NCBI RefSeq assembly: GCF_006345805.1
Contig: NC_042999.1
Location: 120,032,001-120,096,000 of the forward strand
Reading direction: 5' to 3'
DNA length: 64,000 bases
From: Octopus sinensis
Lineage: Eukaryota
Below, piece after piece: positions 13,040-26,064 of the stretch. The position numbers and the translations under genes were made by a program. How positions within the stretch are numbered: position 1 is the stretch's first letter; every line of letters begins with the position of its first letter. Under the pieces are notes generated by a model. It had not been told where the DNA came from, searched no databases, and was given only the letters and a program-made list of their open reading frames with translations.

Positions 13040-16000
13040 TATAAATATATATACTGACGTATAAACGTAAATTCTGAAAGGAAGCTGCTCTTGATGCTGA
13101 CTTGCCACAATTATACAACACTCAAGATATAATTCTCATGATTAGTGAAAACTAATGAGCAAGTAATAGTGTTTACAATGACTCAAAGTACCCTGTATCG
13201 GTTTACCGAATAAATCAAGAAAATGGAAAATCAAAATTTGAGTTCAAATGTAGAAAATATAGTATTTGATTGTATGTTTGTATGATGAAACAGCAAGGCA
13301 GGGCTAATTCTCTATTCTGCGTGCTCTAGTTTGTTAGTTGATTATAGCTTTGACTTATGGCCATTTCTTTATAATGACCAAATCTTTACTAATCAGAATA
13401 TTATCTACTTCACAAATCTAATTATGGCAATTTTTTATTCAAACTTTTCTTATCATGCGTAGTTCTGTCACTCCTATTACCTGTAATTGCATAGCTCAAA
13501 AAAAATATTGGAAATCGTATCGGGGTGTATGTATTAGTGTACAAGTGTAAGTGTGTGTATGCTTGTTTGTGGATGTATTTGCAGATTAAACAGAGTTTGG
13601 ATATGTAACTTCATATGTTATCTAGAATGCTGGTGTTTAATGGCTACAAAAAGAGTTTGTTGAGTTTTTCGATTACACACTACAGTTATTGGTACTACCG
13701 AAAAATCATTGAGCAACGAAACCAAAGCAAACGATAAGAAAAACCGTATGGCATATGCTAACGTATGATTTTGACATCAGGCGCAAGTTGTATAGTAAGG
13801 TAACTCTCCCAAACTTATACATGTTTGAAGAAACAATTCATAAAAAGTTAAGGGAAACGAGAAATGAACAGTTGAATATATTTTTTAACCACTTGTCATC
13901 CATAGGATTACTGCCGCTTCTCATCCTTCATCACGTAATAATAATTATGTAAATGCATAATGAATTATTTCACGTATCTGCTCCAACATGTATGCTACAT
14001 ACACATTAAACAATACAAATCTATATTTGCACATCAGTGCAGATAAAGAAAACTAGCTCATAAGATCAATAGTACATTAGATCCAACTGAACTTCGATCC
14101 AGCACCTTTGCTGATATGAAACAAAATATATTTATTATCTGTATTTATTTTTGAAGACCATACCAAGTCAAATTTTCTGGTATTGGTCTTCCATGCATTG
14201 CATATTTAAAGAGTAAATTTTGTTTATAAAGAGTTGAAGAATTTGTTTAACCATTTTGATCCAGTGATCTGGTGAGCTAGGTTTGTTTATCTGTACTAAT
14301 TTGTACATATATAATTGTATTGCACTATGCGTAGTATACATATTTGTGAAGACATGTAAAATAATTTATCGTACATTGTTATTATCTTTACATGATGAAG
14401 CCTGTAAAACGGCTGTGATGTTAGTGATGACAAGTCGTTAAATAAATGCATTCACCTTTCATTCTTCCTGACATTTTATAGTTTATATACACCTCATGAA
14501 ATAATTTCATCGATCGGATCTCCTGGTCAGCTGCACGGAACTTAGCGTAATACTCCTCTGTACAGAATTACTATGTGGTATGCAACCCGGGTTTCCTAGA
14601 GGAGCTTTCCCTAACAGCCACATACGTCTATGAGTTCATATATCACACTACAACTCTGTATATGTATATGTATGTGTGCGTGCGTGTGTACGTGTGTGCG
14701 TACGTGTGTGTGTGTTGTGTGTATGTATGTGTGTGTAGTGTGTGTATGTATGTGTGTGTTTTATATGTATGTGTGTGTATTAATTCAAAAGAATAGTCAA
14801 CGACCACAATGCTAATTCTCTCTTTAATTGCATCGCTCCGAATACCTTTCTTAACATCACAATCACACACACACGCACACACACATATACACATAATTCT
14901 GTATATTATATGTGTCGTGATGACGCTGACCTAATGGTTAGGTCGTTGGTCTTACCATCTTTAGACAAGCAATTCATGGTGCATCTCTCAGTTAACTGAA
15001 AATTTGTCCCGGTGACAGCAGTAAATGAACTTTACGTAAACTGAATATTTGTTCAGGTGAAAGAATTTTTTGTACCTCAGCAACTTAATCGTCATGGAAT
15101 TCTGGATAGTGTCCAACCAAATGGACCTGTAAACTTAGAATGGTTATGTCTGCATCTGCTCGTTCCAAATTTCCATTTCGTATTTTTGCTTTTTCATATA
15201 CGATTTATTTGCAATTCGTTCAATAATATAAATTCCAGAATCCATCATAAATGTCACTTAACCTTCATAAACTCATTTTCAGTATAAAGTAATGTTGGCA
15301 CGTATTGTTTTCTCTTTAGACTCAGTAGAGCCAATTCGCTTGGTGTAGTCACTACCTCTAGAATTTGCCGTTGAATTTATACATGTTCTGTGAATGTGTC
15401 TATACTTGCGTGTATACGTGTGTGTGTGTGTTAGGAAAGCATTCCTTTGCTCTACTAAAATATTGCTTGTATCATTAATGATCTGATTTTGTGAGGCAAT
15501 CTGTCGAGCATAGATATTTAGTCCATTATTGTTTTGCTCTATACCTTGTGTTGTGTATCATTGTACACAATAATTGCTCCTTGCTGTACAAGTTGGCTTG
15601 CAAGTATGGTTCACTATAACCACTACAAGCGTTGGTGCCTTGAAGGTTATTGCCATCACGTTTGCAATATGATTTATAAATCGCATTGTTCCATTGTTAC
15701 GAGTTAAATTATACGTTGGCTTACATTTTTGTTATTGATAAAGCTGTAATTTTAGCGTTATTGTATTATGTTTTCTGATTAAATTCATAAATTGATGTGA
15801 GAAAACTTGCGATGGTTTATGAGAATTTTGATAAAAAGCTAATATATCTTATAATTAATATATATTTAATTCGTATGGTATTACACTGTCCGCGATTTGT
15901 GCAATTCTGAAATCGCAGTTTTGCTACGTTGTCTCTCATTTTGTTCCCATTTTCTTCAGAAGCTAGATCTATGATTTTTTTGTTTGTTTTTGAAAACCCG

Positions 16001-17694
16001 TTGTTGATTGGTGCTGTTTTGTTTTCTACGTACCATTAGAAATGGTTGTAAAAGGTGTTTCAAGAAAATATTTTATCACCGTATCAATGTATACTTACAT
16101 AGCTTCCATGTAAATAAATGCGTATATTTGTTTATGGTGTAAACGAATTAAATGTATCCCTTATTTATTCATCATAATAAGTTACGTCTAGAAATTGAGT
16201 CTTTGTGGTATCAAAAGTTTTGTTTGTATTGTTCTAGATTTGGTAGGAAATAAGGAATATTTTACAAGACAATCATATAATTTTGTCATATCATTAGGCA
16301 TGAACACGAAGACAATTATATCATTCACATGCCAAGTTCCTTACCTATTTGGGGTTGCATTGAAGAGCGTAACGTAACCCATTGCCGCTCCATAATTTTG
16401 CGCTTATAATTTATATTGTAATCAGCGAATATCTTCTGTTACACGGAGTATTAATTATTCCTTCTATATATATTAGTTTGTATCGCAGCTGGATTTATTG
16501 CTTAGCAATTTTATACTCAATTATTGTTTATATTGCTTATGAGCACCTTTATGGGAAAACGTATACTGCATATCATTGTTGTTAATTGTATGATATGGTT
16601 ATGAAATTGTTTAAAGATCTTGAGTATTCATGCATCAATTTCACATAATATGACTCGAGATTTCAGATAATATGACACTCGGGATAACAACGGAGATAGA
16701 AACTGGTTACAAACGTGAAAGCTGTAATCTTCTCCATTCCAGCAATGTCCTTATGTAAAGTATTTCATTTCACCTTTCTGCTGCCAACTCAGCTGACAGT
16801 GTGTACCAAACGAATACTGGTGCAACATTCTGTCTGTCTGTTCATCCCTTCCCCCTTCATTTCTCTCTCTCATTCTTCAGAGGTCACATCTTGGATGTGT
16901 CTCTTGGTCAAAAGTTCAGGAAAGATGACAGTGTCAGCATTGCTCACGATTACATAGGCACCTAAAGCAATTAGCGATCGCATGGTGTACTCATTCCAGT
17001 GTGACGAGTTTGTATATGTGTGTGTGGAGGAAGTGGTTGTGTGTTTAATTTTGCTCAGTTTCTTGATTTACTTATAAGGTTGTGTCCATACAGGTATACG
17101 ACCTTTAGTAATTTCAGGCAATGAATTTCGCTTCATTTCTCAATTTAGTCTGGAATATATTTCATCGACACAAATTATGGGACATAAATGAACGAAACAT
17201 AAACAATATTATTTTCTGTAGCAAGTGAAAAATTAACACATTTACGAGACGTCTACACATAATCACTTAGCTATTTGCCACTAGAAACTACAACAGAAGT
17301 CAGTTGACAAAAGTTCTGAGCAGTGAGACCGCACATGAACGACTTAGTTTTAAATACATCTCTTTAAAACACAGCTAGTTTAGCAATTATACATCTATTA
17401 TACATAACTTCTATGATATCATATCTAGAAATATTGAACAAAAGAAAATCTAATAAGTAAATTCAAAAACCGTAATTAATGCGACTTTTTTTTAATAATG
17501 GTCTGAGCTGAAAAGGGATCATCATCAAGTTGTGTGTTTGGAATAAATATGTAAATAATAAAATAGAAAAGGAACAAAATTCGTTACAGTTGGAAGGTTA
17601 TTGTAAATATTTCGTTTACAGAATAGCTTAATTGCAAGTACTTGTTCTCATGTTCACACAGTTTGTTTTAATACGGTAGTAACATCCTTAGTAA

Positions 17695-18010
17695 AGGTGC
17701 ATGACTCAGTGATTAGAGCGTCGGGCTCGCATTCATGAGGTTGTGAGTTTGATTTACAGACTGGGCTGCGTGCTGTGTTCTTGAGCAAGACACTTTATTT
17801 CACGTTATTCCAGTTCACTCAGCTATAGAAATGAATTGCCTTTGCCTTTCCCTTGAATAACATCGGTGGCGTGAAGTGGGGAGGCTGGTATGCATGGGCG
17901 ACTGCTGGTCTTCCGTAAAACAACCTTTACCGGACTTGTACCTCGGAGGGAAACTTTTTAGAAGTAATCCCATGGTTATTCATAGCCGAAGGTGGTCTTT
18001 ACCCTTTAAC
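17695..18010 (+). mobile_element. tRNA-derived SINE, family 3
   Basis: Head GGTGCATGACTCAGTGATTAGAGCG...GAGTTTGATT, then CTTGAGCAAGACACTTTATTTCACG...CAGTTCACTCAGC and a GC-richer 3' body ending in TTTACCCTTT. A degenerate reverse-strand tRNA-like head lies at 45660-45780. Confidence 0.7.
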
Positions 18011-18610
18011 ATCTCTTCTGCTTTTATTTTGATACCAAGTGCCATATGATTTACACTGAATTTTGCTTGACCTGAGTAAGCCAATGATTCTTCAATTTAC
18101 TGGAACCATCAGGTGATGTAAGGAAATGTAATACCGCTTCATTTGGAAATTTCCGTGTTATTGAGCTGGTAGGGGATGAATCTCTCACCAATTCACTATC
18201 GTGTACGCAAAATATTCTTTATGTCTATATAAAGCTGAAAGGCAGGCACCTACTTCTAGTTATTACATAAAATTGCTAAAATTTTAAGTAACAGGAATCG
18301 AAACATTGTCATGTAGGGAAATTTAATGAATAGATTCGAAAGCTGTAATCAATGCTTTTGATTGGAATGAATATGTAGGTTATAGAACAGGAAGGAAAAG
18401 AAATATGTTTAAATGAATATAAATCAATGTAAGGAAACTTTCAACGGAGCCATTTGGATAGTCATGGGAACACACCTACATAAGCACACGCGTGCATTTG
18501 TGTACACATAAACAGTCATGGTACTCACTCATAATATGTGCATATGTATGTGGTGGCTGTGTGCGCGCGTGTGCTTGAATACAAATACGTACATGTATAT
18601 GCGCGCACAC

Positions 18611-18651
<41 letters not shown>

Positions 18652-20152
18652 GAAATACACGATACCTTTCCGATTATATTCGAGAAAGCAGTCACCGACT
18701 ACTAAACCACTAGAACTGCGACAGTGATTCTTTAATACCATTAATCTCATACAAGTCTCTTGCTTAACTGCACGAAGTTGCATCTATAAGCACAAATACC
18801 CGCCTATACATTTGTGTTACGTGTATGTATTTGTGTATCAACATTCTTAAATCAAAGATCAAAGAGACCAGAAACACAAGAACGACTATATATGCTTTAG
18901 ACATAATGCAGAGCACATAATTTATTTTTCAGATTATTTTTTGAACAAAGAAACTCTACTATTGCTAGTTCGTAGCTATTTCCTATAAATACCGGGTCTT
19001 CTTAAATGCGGGATGAAAAAATTCATAAATGCTGTAATATGTTCTAGAACTTTATGCACATTGATCGAAGAGCCTGTTACTCTAGAGTTTCCTTGAGTGT
19101 GGTCTGATTCTCAGTTGGGAAAAATGTGGGCGATATGTACGTACTCCTCCCATAAAAATGGATAGATGAGGACACAGAAATTAACTGAATTCAAAGTTAA
19201 CTTTTAACTGGGTTTCGTAGAGAATACTGGAAGAAGAAAAGGATGGTCAAACAAATGAACACTCCTACATGCATACGTACAGGCACACATACATAAGTGT
19301 GTTAGGCTGGTGTAAAGAGAAAAATAATCAATAAGCTTAACACTTACATATATACATGGTCACAAGCGTACACAATCACATACAAGCTCACACATATATG
19401 AAAACGCCTATGCAAAAGCAGAGATAAGCTGCTAGCTAGCAGATGAGGCACGAAATGGTGGGAGAAAACGTTGTAAGTGAATGTGCAAGGAAATTACCAA
19501 AGTCAGCATACACACGTCTGCTATACAGTAGAATGAAGAAAGATAAAGAAGCAAAAAGTGAAATGGAGTGTGAAAAGGAAAAGAAGGAGAGAAACTGAGG
19601 GGAAGAGTGAGAGGAAGGCAATGATTTGAGCATTAATCGCAGTTTATCCCTCTCGTATACACTGACATACGTATGCACATACACACACGCATACAAAAGA
19701 ACTTGTTTCTCACTAATCTTTCAAATGCTATTCATCGAGTGGAAGAGCAAGACGCAGCAGATATAATACTCAGAATTATCAAAACTTACCTAAATATTTA
19801 GTGCACCAAAGTAAGAAGACACAAATTGAAATTCAAAGACACGGCACCCGTTACAGAACACAAGGTTTCATTAAGAGTGTTTATTATAATGCATATATTG
19901 TAACAGTATCTTCTTCTTTGGACGAGGACATGTTGTCGGAGGTGTAGAAAAGCTATTTCAGTGGTATGATGGCATTACCTTATGGTACACTATAGCTTAA
20001 AATACTTCACAGTCAGTTAATAGTAAATAATTTGATATGGTATATAATAATATAGAATGTACTAGGTTGAGTTAAAAAGTTCATAGGATGACTATGAAGG
20101 AGTAATGCTCGAGCTGTGAAATATTACATGCATTAATTGCGACTCCTCTTGC

Positions 20153-20350
20153 AAGGCGGCGAGCTGGCGGAATCGTTAAAACTCCGGACAAAATTCTGAG
20201 CAATATTTCGTCTGTCTTCATGTTGTGAGTCCAAATACTGTTGGTGTCGACTATGCCTTTCCTCATTTTGATGTCGATAAAATGAGTACATTGGGTCAAC
20301 TTATCCCCTCCTCCAAACTTATTCGCCTTGTACCAAAATTTGAAACCTTT
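20153..20350 (+). mobile_element. tRNA-derived SINE, family 1 (diverged copy)
   Basis: AAGGCGGCGAGCTGGCGGAATCG...TATTTCGTCTGTCTT...GTCGACTATGCCTTTC aligns with the reverse complement of 884-1091. Confidence 0.75.
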
Positions 20351-20449
20351 ATTTTCAACAACTTATTAATAACTACGTTTTCTCTTTCCAGGGAAGGTCA
20401 CATCTGACTTTTCAAAGAAGACTTCAAAATAACAAGTTGCGACTTGTTT

Positions 20450-21445
20450 TGAAAACGGACAAAATTTTACACCGCTGTATTATACCTGCATAAAAATGAT
20501 CTAGCCTCCAAAGACATTCATTCCGACAGGGTTGCTTCATTGGGCAGCTGGATTTAGAAGATAAAGTTAAAGTCCTGATGATGACCCAAGTTCTGGAGGT
20601 CCTGCAACTGCCTCCACCGAGGAAAACATTGATTGTGTTTACCTCATGGTAATGGATGATTGGCGACTGACTATAAATCGAAGAGCCAATGCTATCAGTA
20701 TATTCCCTGTGAGAGTTAATAGTATTCTTCTTAATGAACTTGACATAGCGAAGTTTTCTGCTCAGTGTGTGCTACGTCTTCTGACACCTGATCAAAAATG
20801 CACATCACATCACGGTAAAATTCAGCTGGTTGCCTAGAACATTTTCTAACACAGAATTAGTGTTGAATTCATCACTTTGAGAAAGAGACAAAGAGACAAT
20901 CTATGCAGTGGAAATACCCTATCTCGCCTACTCCAAAGAAGGCCAAGGTCGTTTCACCCACAGGGAAGGTGATGACCTCAGTTTGTTGGGATGCAAGGCA
21001 TTGTGTTTATTGACTATCTTCAAAAGAGTCCAACCATTAATGGAGAGTACTCTACCAAATTGCTGAGGCAGTTACGAAAGGTTATCGAGACTAAATGGCC
21101 AGAAAAATTGATGAAAGGTGTATTGTCTGATTAAGACAATGTTTCAGCACACAAGTTCTTGATTTCAATGACTGCTGTGCATGACTGTGATTTTGAATTG
21201 GTTGATCACTGTCCCTAATCTCCTTATTTGGTTGTATCTCATTAACATCTGCCCCTAACTTTAAAATCCCTTAGATGAGATCAAGTATGGCAGTGATTAT
21301 GACGTCATATGTGCTATTGACTACTTTTTTTAACCAAAAGGATGAAAGCTTCTTCACCAATGGGATCAAAGACTATAAAACCGATGGAAGAAATGTGTGG
21401 ATTGCAAAGAGGAATTTCGTAAGGAATAAACCTAATTTGGTCACA
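20450..21445 (+). mobile_element. Decayed mariner transposase remnant
   Basis: Fragments MVMDDWRLTI...AKFSAQCVLRLLTPDQK, HHFEKETKRQSMQWK, PTPKKAKVVS.TGKVMTSVCWDA, DNVSAH and DHCP*SPYL are colinear with the transposase at 56681-57732. Multiple stops and deletions. Confidence 0.8.
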
Positions 21446-21529
21446 TTCCATGAGAGTATATTCGTCAGCCTATGAACATTTCGGCCTATCCTCCTATATG
21501 TTACAAAACTATTGTAATAGTAGTAATAT

Positions 21530-21576
21530 TAATGATGATACAAATGATGATGAGGATGATGATAATGATGATGATA

Positions 21577-21659
<83 letters not shown>

Positions 21660-21718
21660 AACGCATGTAGTAGTAGCAGTAGTAGTAGTAATAGTAATAG
21701 TAGTAGTAGTAGTTATTG
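21530..21718. repeat. (GAT)n followed by (TAG)n microsatellite
   Basis: Directly visible. It accounts for the poly-D/M/H ORFs. Confidence 0.95.
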
Positions 21719-21964
21719 TTGTTACTGTGAGCTAATCCCACAACATTCATCTAGATGCTGAATGTAAATACCAAAGACGAAAATCTTCATACAGCATGTG
21801 AATTATGGTATAAAACCATGATTCAGACTGCAAAACTTTGTAATCAGACACACACCAGACATGAAAATTTTACTAGCGTACGGCATATAATATATTTTCA
21901 ATATTGACAAAGTAAAGGCAAATTATAAAATCAAAACAGAAGCCCAAAATTAAACATCCAGTAA

Positions 21965-22330
21965 AATTGTTCACCTGTTATTGCTCAACTCATGGGGAAT
22001 TCTTCGTCAGTGTCTGTTCACAGGGTCGAGCATATGGAGGTGTCTGTTGATGGCGCTTTGAGAAGGACCAGATTCTGCCGACAATGTTCGAGTGATTATG
22101 CTTCAACGCCTCAGCTTCCCCAGCAGATAATTTCCCTGACCTTCGTTTGCTTTGGAGGCTGCAGCCACCTTCCTTGAAACATCGGAACCAGATTTGTGCA
22201 CATTTTCGTTGATAGTTCCTGGGCCTTGCATATCGTTAAGTTCTTTTACTGCTGCTCTTGCGCTCAGTCCGTTTTTCCGCAGGTAGCTTATGGTGTCTCA
22301 AATTGGAGTTTTTCCATTACTCGTTATCAA
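21965..22330 (-). mobile_element. Mariner N-terminal (HTH) remnant of a different subfamily
   Basis: Minus strand gives MEKLQF...LRKNGLSARAAVKELNDMQGPGTINE.VAQIWFRCFKEG...RRSG...TRTLSAESGPSQSAINRHLH...IPHEL (a WVPHEL-like motif). Confidence 0.7.
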
Positions 22331-22426
22331 AGCAGTAAAATAAAGAATACACAATTAATTCTGATTTTTATATATGAAAATAAAGAATAAACATTTCTGT
22401 AACGATTGAACAAGTTATATCAGATT

Positions 22427-22586
22427 AATAGTATAACATGGAGATGCAATAGTATAACATGGAGATGCAATAGTATAACATGGAGATGCAATAGTATAAC
22501 ATGGAGATGCAATAGTATAACATGGAGATGCAATAGTATAACATGGAGATGCAATAGTATAACATAGTATAACATGGAGATGCAAT
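22427..22586. repeat. 21-bp minisatellite AATAGTATAACATGGAGATGC, about 7.5 copies
   Basis: Six identical units (22427-22552), a 13-nt partial unit and a near-complete unit, with no spacers. Confidence 0.95.
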
Positions 22587-24221
22587 TGGTCAAAAAATAT
22601 CGATGAAATCTTTAAAAACCTGGTATGTGAAATTATTACAGAAGTTATTACATCCTGTTCCGCTCGGGTTTTATTAATTATCGTTTTGCTAGTAGAGAAT
22701 ACGCCTTTACAGTCGGATGATACAACTAGTAAAAACTCCTTTACTGTCGGATGATAGAACACTAACAGAATGTACTGTCGCGGTCGTCGAGATGATTATA
22801 TCCGCGTTATTGTTTGGTGAATATCCGGTAACATTCGACAACAGAAGGTTAACGCAGTCTGAATGTTATATGATATCCACACAGGTAGCATATATATACT
22901 TGGTGACACTAATTAATCCGCTCTCTCATCATAATAGATGTGTTGAGGTCAATTTTGGATTGCTCAGTATTGCATTTGCATTAAAATCAATGAGAAAACC
23001 TATACATTTCGCATGATTACACACATATTGCGTGACCCGAAACATTTCCATGTTTTATAGACATTATATTTCGTTTTTTATGCAAATAATTATAGCATTA
23101 TTACATTGTTCCATTATGTTACAATTTCCGATTATGTTTCTGAATTGGTTCTATAATTACGGTATATTTTCAATGTTGCTCCGTAGTTAATTTTCTTACA
23201 AACCCTAAAACTGGAACATGTATCGTGACAATTAGAATGGCATTATGTATTTGTAAAACACTGCTCGATAATTTTGTAATACTCTTCATACTTCAATATG
23301 TAAAATAGTTTGTAATATGTGTCATGGCTATTTAAAACACCGCCCCCCCCCAACTTATGTAGTCATTCAGCGTTACACATATCATCCAGTAGATGAAACT
23401 CACTAGTTATAGAGTCGCATCAAATATTTCTGTGCTTTGGAAGTGGTTGCTAATGGTGGATTCCTACTTTCCTTGAGAAAGGGAGATTCATTTCGTTACA
23501 TACTGGATGTATGATTTCGGAGCACAAACTACAATGTTGTTGCTGATATGGGAACACCACTTGAATCACACTATTGTATTTTGTCGATTAAAGAGCTTAT
23601 GTAATTTGCAGTCGAATGAGAAATGTTCTGAAATCAATAGAAAAACAATTTAGAAAACACGAGATTGAAATATTGAGTCTAAAGGCAAATTAAAATTTTG
23701 AGGTACATTATACAAAAACAAAAAAAGGAAACACAAGTTTACAGCATTAAGAGACAGCATACATAATTCTCACAGGGTAATTGTCGATCCCACTAGAGAA
23801 ACAATTTAATGAGACACTATAATAGATTAATAGAACGAACAGAAAAAAAACAATAAACTAAAATAAACAAATCCTCCCCACATAATCAATAATGACTCCA
23901 ACAGAATGACAATACCAAGAATCCGGATATAATAACGATTCAACGATTAGATACAATACAACCGATAGATTGACTAAATACACGCAACTACATGACAATA
24001 ATGGATTCTACAATGTGCCAAGATATTTATCAACGGATCAACGATACGATAAATATAAACTGACGAACATACCAGCGTCAATATATATATATATATACAA
24101 GTTTGAAATACTTTCACACACACACACACATGCGCACACATATATAAACGTTTACATACGTACGTACATGCACACAGACCTGCAATATACATACACACAT
24201 ACACACACGCACAGACATAAA

Positions 24222-24437
24222 CGTGGCGGGATGAAAAGTTCCTGGCTTTGGGTAAACGAAAATTCAGGAGGATCAGTGAATTATCATGTTATGAAACATA
24301 TTCCCCTCTCCGGTTCACATAATTAATGCAGCGGTCCTTCAGTTTTTCTAAGCCATGTAAAAGAACTTGGAAGGCTGGGCCATCAACCTGGACTGTCATG
24401 ATACCCTTAAACCTAGGAACACTTCAGCACTCACTCG
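24222..24437 (-). mobile_element. Mariner-derived MITE (216 bp)
   Basis: Imperfect TIRs CGTGGCGGGATGAAAAGTTCCTGGCTTT and revcomp CGAGTGAGTGCTGAAGTGTTCCTAGGTTT. The interior retains the transposase C-terminus on the minus strand (GLEKLKDRCINYVNRRGEYVS*). Confidence 0.75.
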
Positions 24438-24630
24438 TGACAGATTTATTTGCAAAATGTGGATAATATATCCTGTTCATGCTATTATATTAACATTATT
24501 CTGCGTTTGAGTATAAATTATTTACTTATCTGTATCTTACAATAGATATCAACGCTTTTAAAGCAAACTTTAGTTTAATTTTACGTTAGCTAGATTTATG
24601 AATCCTAAAATTTCAGAACAAGTTGGCACT

Positions 24631-24703
24631 GGGCATTTTAGCTTAATGGTAAAACACTTGACGCGTAATGACAAGAATGTGAGTTCGTAGCCCGTATCTG
24701 GCC
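24631..24703 (+). pseudogene. Degenerate tRNA-like sequence (Thr-CGT-like), probably a SINE head
   Basis: GGGCATTTTAGCTTAATGG (A box)...CTTGAC-GCGTAAT-GACAAG (imperfect anticodon arm)...GAGTTCG (B box). The T and acceptor stems do not pair well. Confidence 0.5.
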
Positions 24704-25484
24704 GTTGACAGATTATTTTAAAGGATAATTTATCCTGTTCACGCAATTTTATTAGCATTTTTCTGCGTTTGAGAATAAATTATTTCCTAATCATTATCTC
24801 TCAATACATCTCAACGCTTCTAAAGTAAACTTTTCATTATATATATATATATATATATAAAACGAAAAGAGGGCAAGATAGAAAATGCTATGTTTATCAT
24901 GAAATACATTTTGTAATGGTTAGTACCGGTTTGTGTCTTTCGACTTTTTCAACTGAGAGTAAAACAAAGGTGGATATTAATAAAGAAGAAAAATCACTTA
25001 AATTGAAGGAAAATATAAATGAGATGTTGTGTAAATATGTCCATCGGCTTCAAGTAGGTAGAACATTGTCCTTTTCTCTGTCTATCTATGTCTCTTTTGC
25101 TTTCTCTCTCTCTCTCACTCTCTTCCTTTGTGATGGTCTGTAAGATTGGTAGATCTGAAAGGTTGTGGATATATATATATATATACAAGTAAAATAGAAC
25201 CACTTTTTTGGAATTCATCTTTGAAAGATATTCCTATACCATCTGGAAAGGAATATATTTTAAAGCTTATTAATAATATTAAATCATCGGTATATTTTTT
25301 ATCTTATATTTAATATTTCTAATTTATGTAATTTTCTAGATGGTGTAATTTAATTTTTCATTTTGAATTGATAAAAGGTGTTTTTTTCTAATTTATATAT
25401 ATATTATATTCTGTGAAATGTGATTTAGTATTTCTAAATTGAATTTTTCCCTGTAATTTTGGAATAATATTCCCTCAAATTATT

Positions 25485-25596
<112 letters not shown>

Positions 25597-26064
25597 TGAA
25601 ATGAATTTACAGGCATGTCCGTAGTGAATTCTAGTAGCTGTCTCTTGCAGATTTGACTGAAGGGTGTCATGCACCTTTGGCGCTCAATTCGAAATCATGA
25701 TATCAAATTAACTGACAACTTTCCTGCATTCTTGGCGGAGGTAAGGTGCAATTCTTCTTCACTAATATTTTTTCCTATCATGCCTGCATTAATTTAGTAA
25801 TTCTCCTGTGGCTTAGAAGTATTTTGACTTCTATTTTTAGCAAAGTAGGTGCTTATGTTGTACACTAGTAAAAATGAATATATCTATATATATATCATAA
25901 TTAATTATTAAATTGTCTATACAGCTTTTACGCTCGCGGCCACTAACGCCGCATCATAATTTTGAAATATCTATAAAACCGTCAAAAGCTTTGATGTTTT
26001 TTAATTTATTATTCGTCTTGCCTAATATGTTTTGCTAAAATTGCTGTTTCTTTGCATATATCAT

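Noticed and set aside
19784-19833. Recursive-splice-like AG|GTAAGT after a pyrimidine tract on the minus strand
   Set aside because: An 8-mer of this kind is expected by chance in 128 kb of AT-rich strands (another lies in the MITE near 63160), and no host gene is established.
22427-22586. CRISPR-like array
   Set aside because: The units are contiguous with no spacers, there are no cas genes, and the context is eukaryotic. It is a minisatellite.
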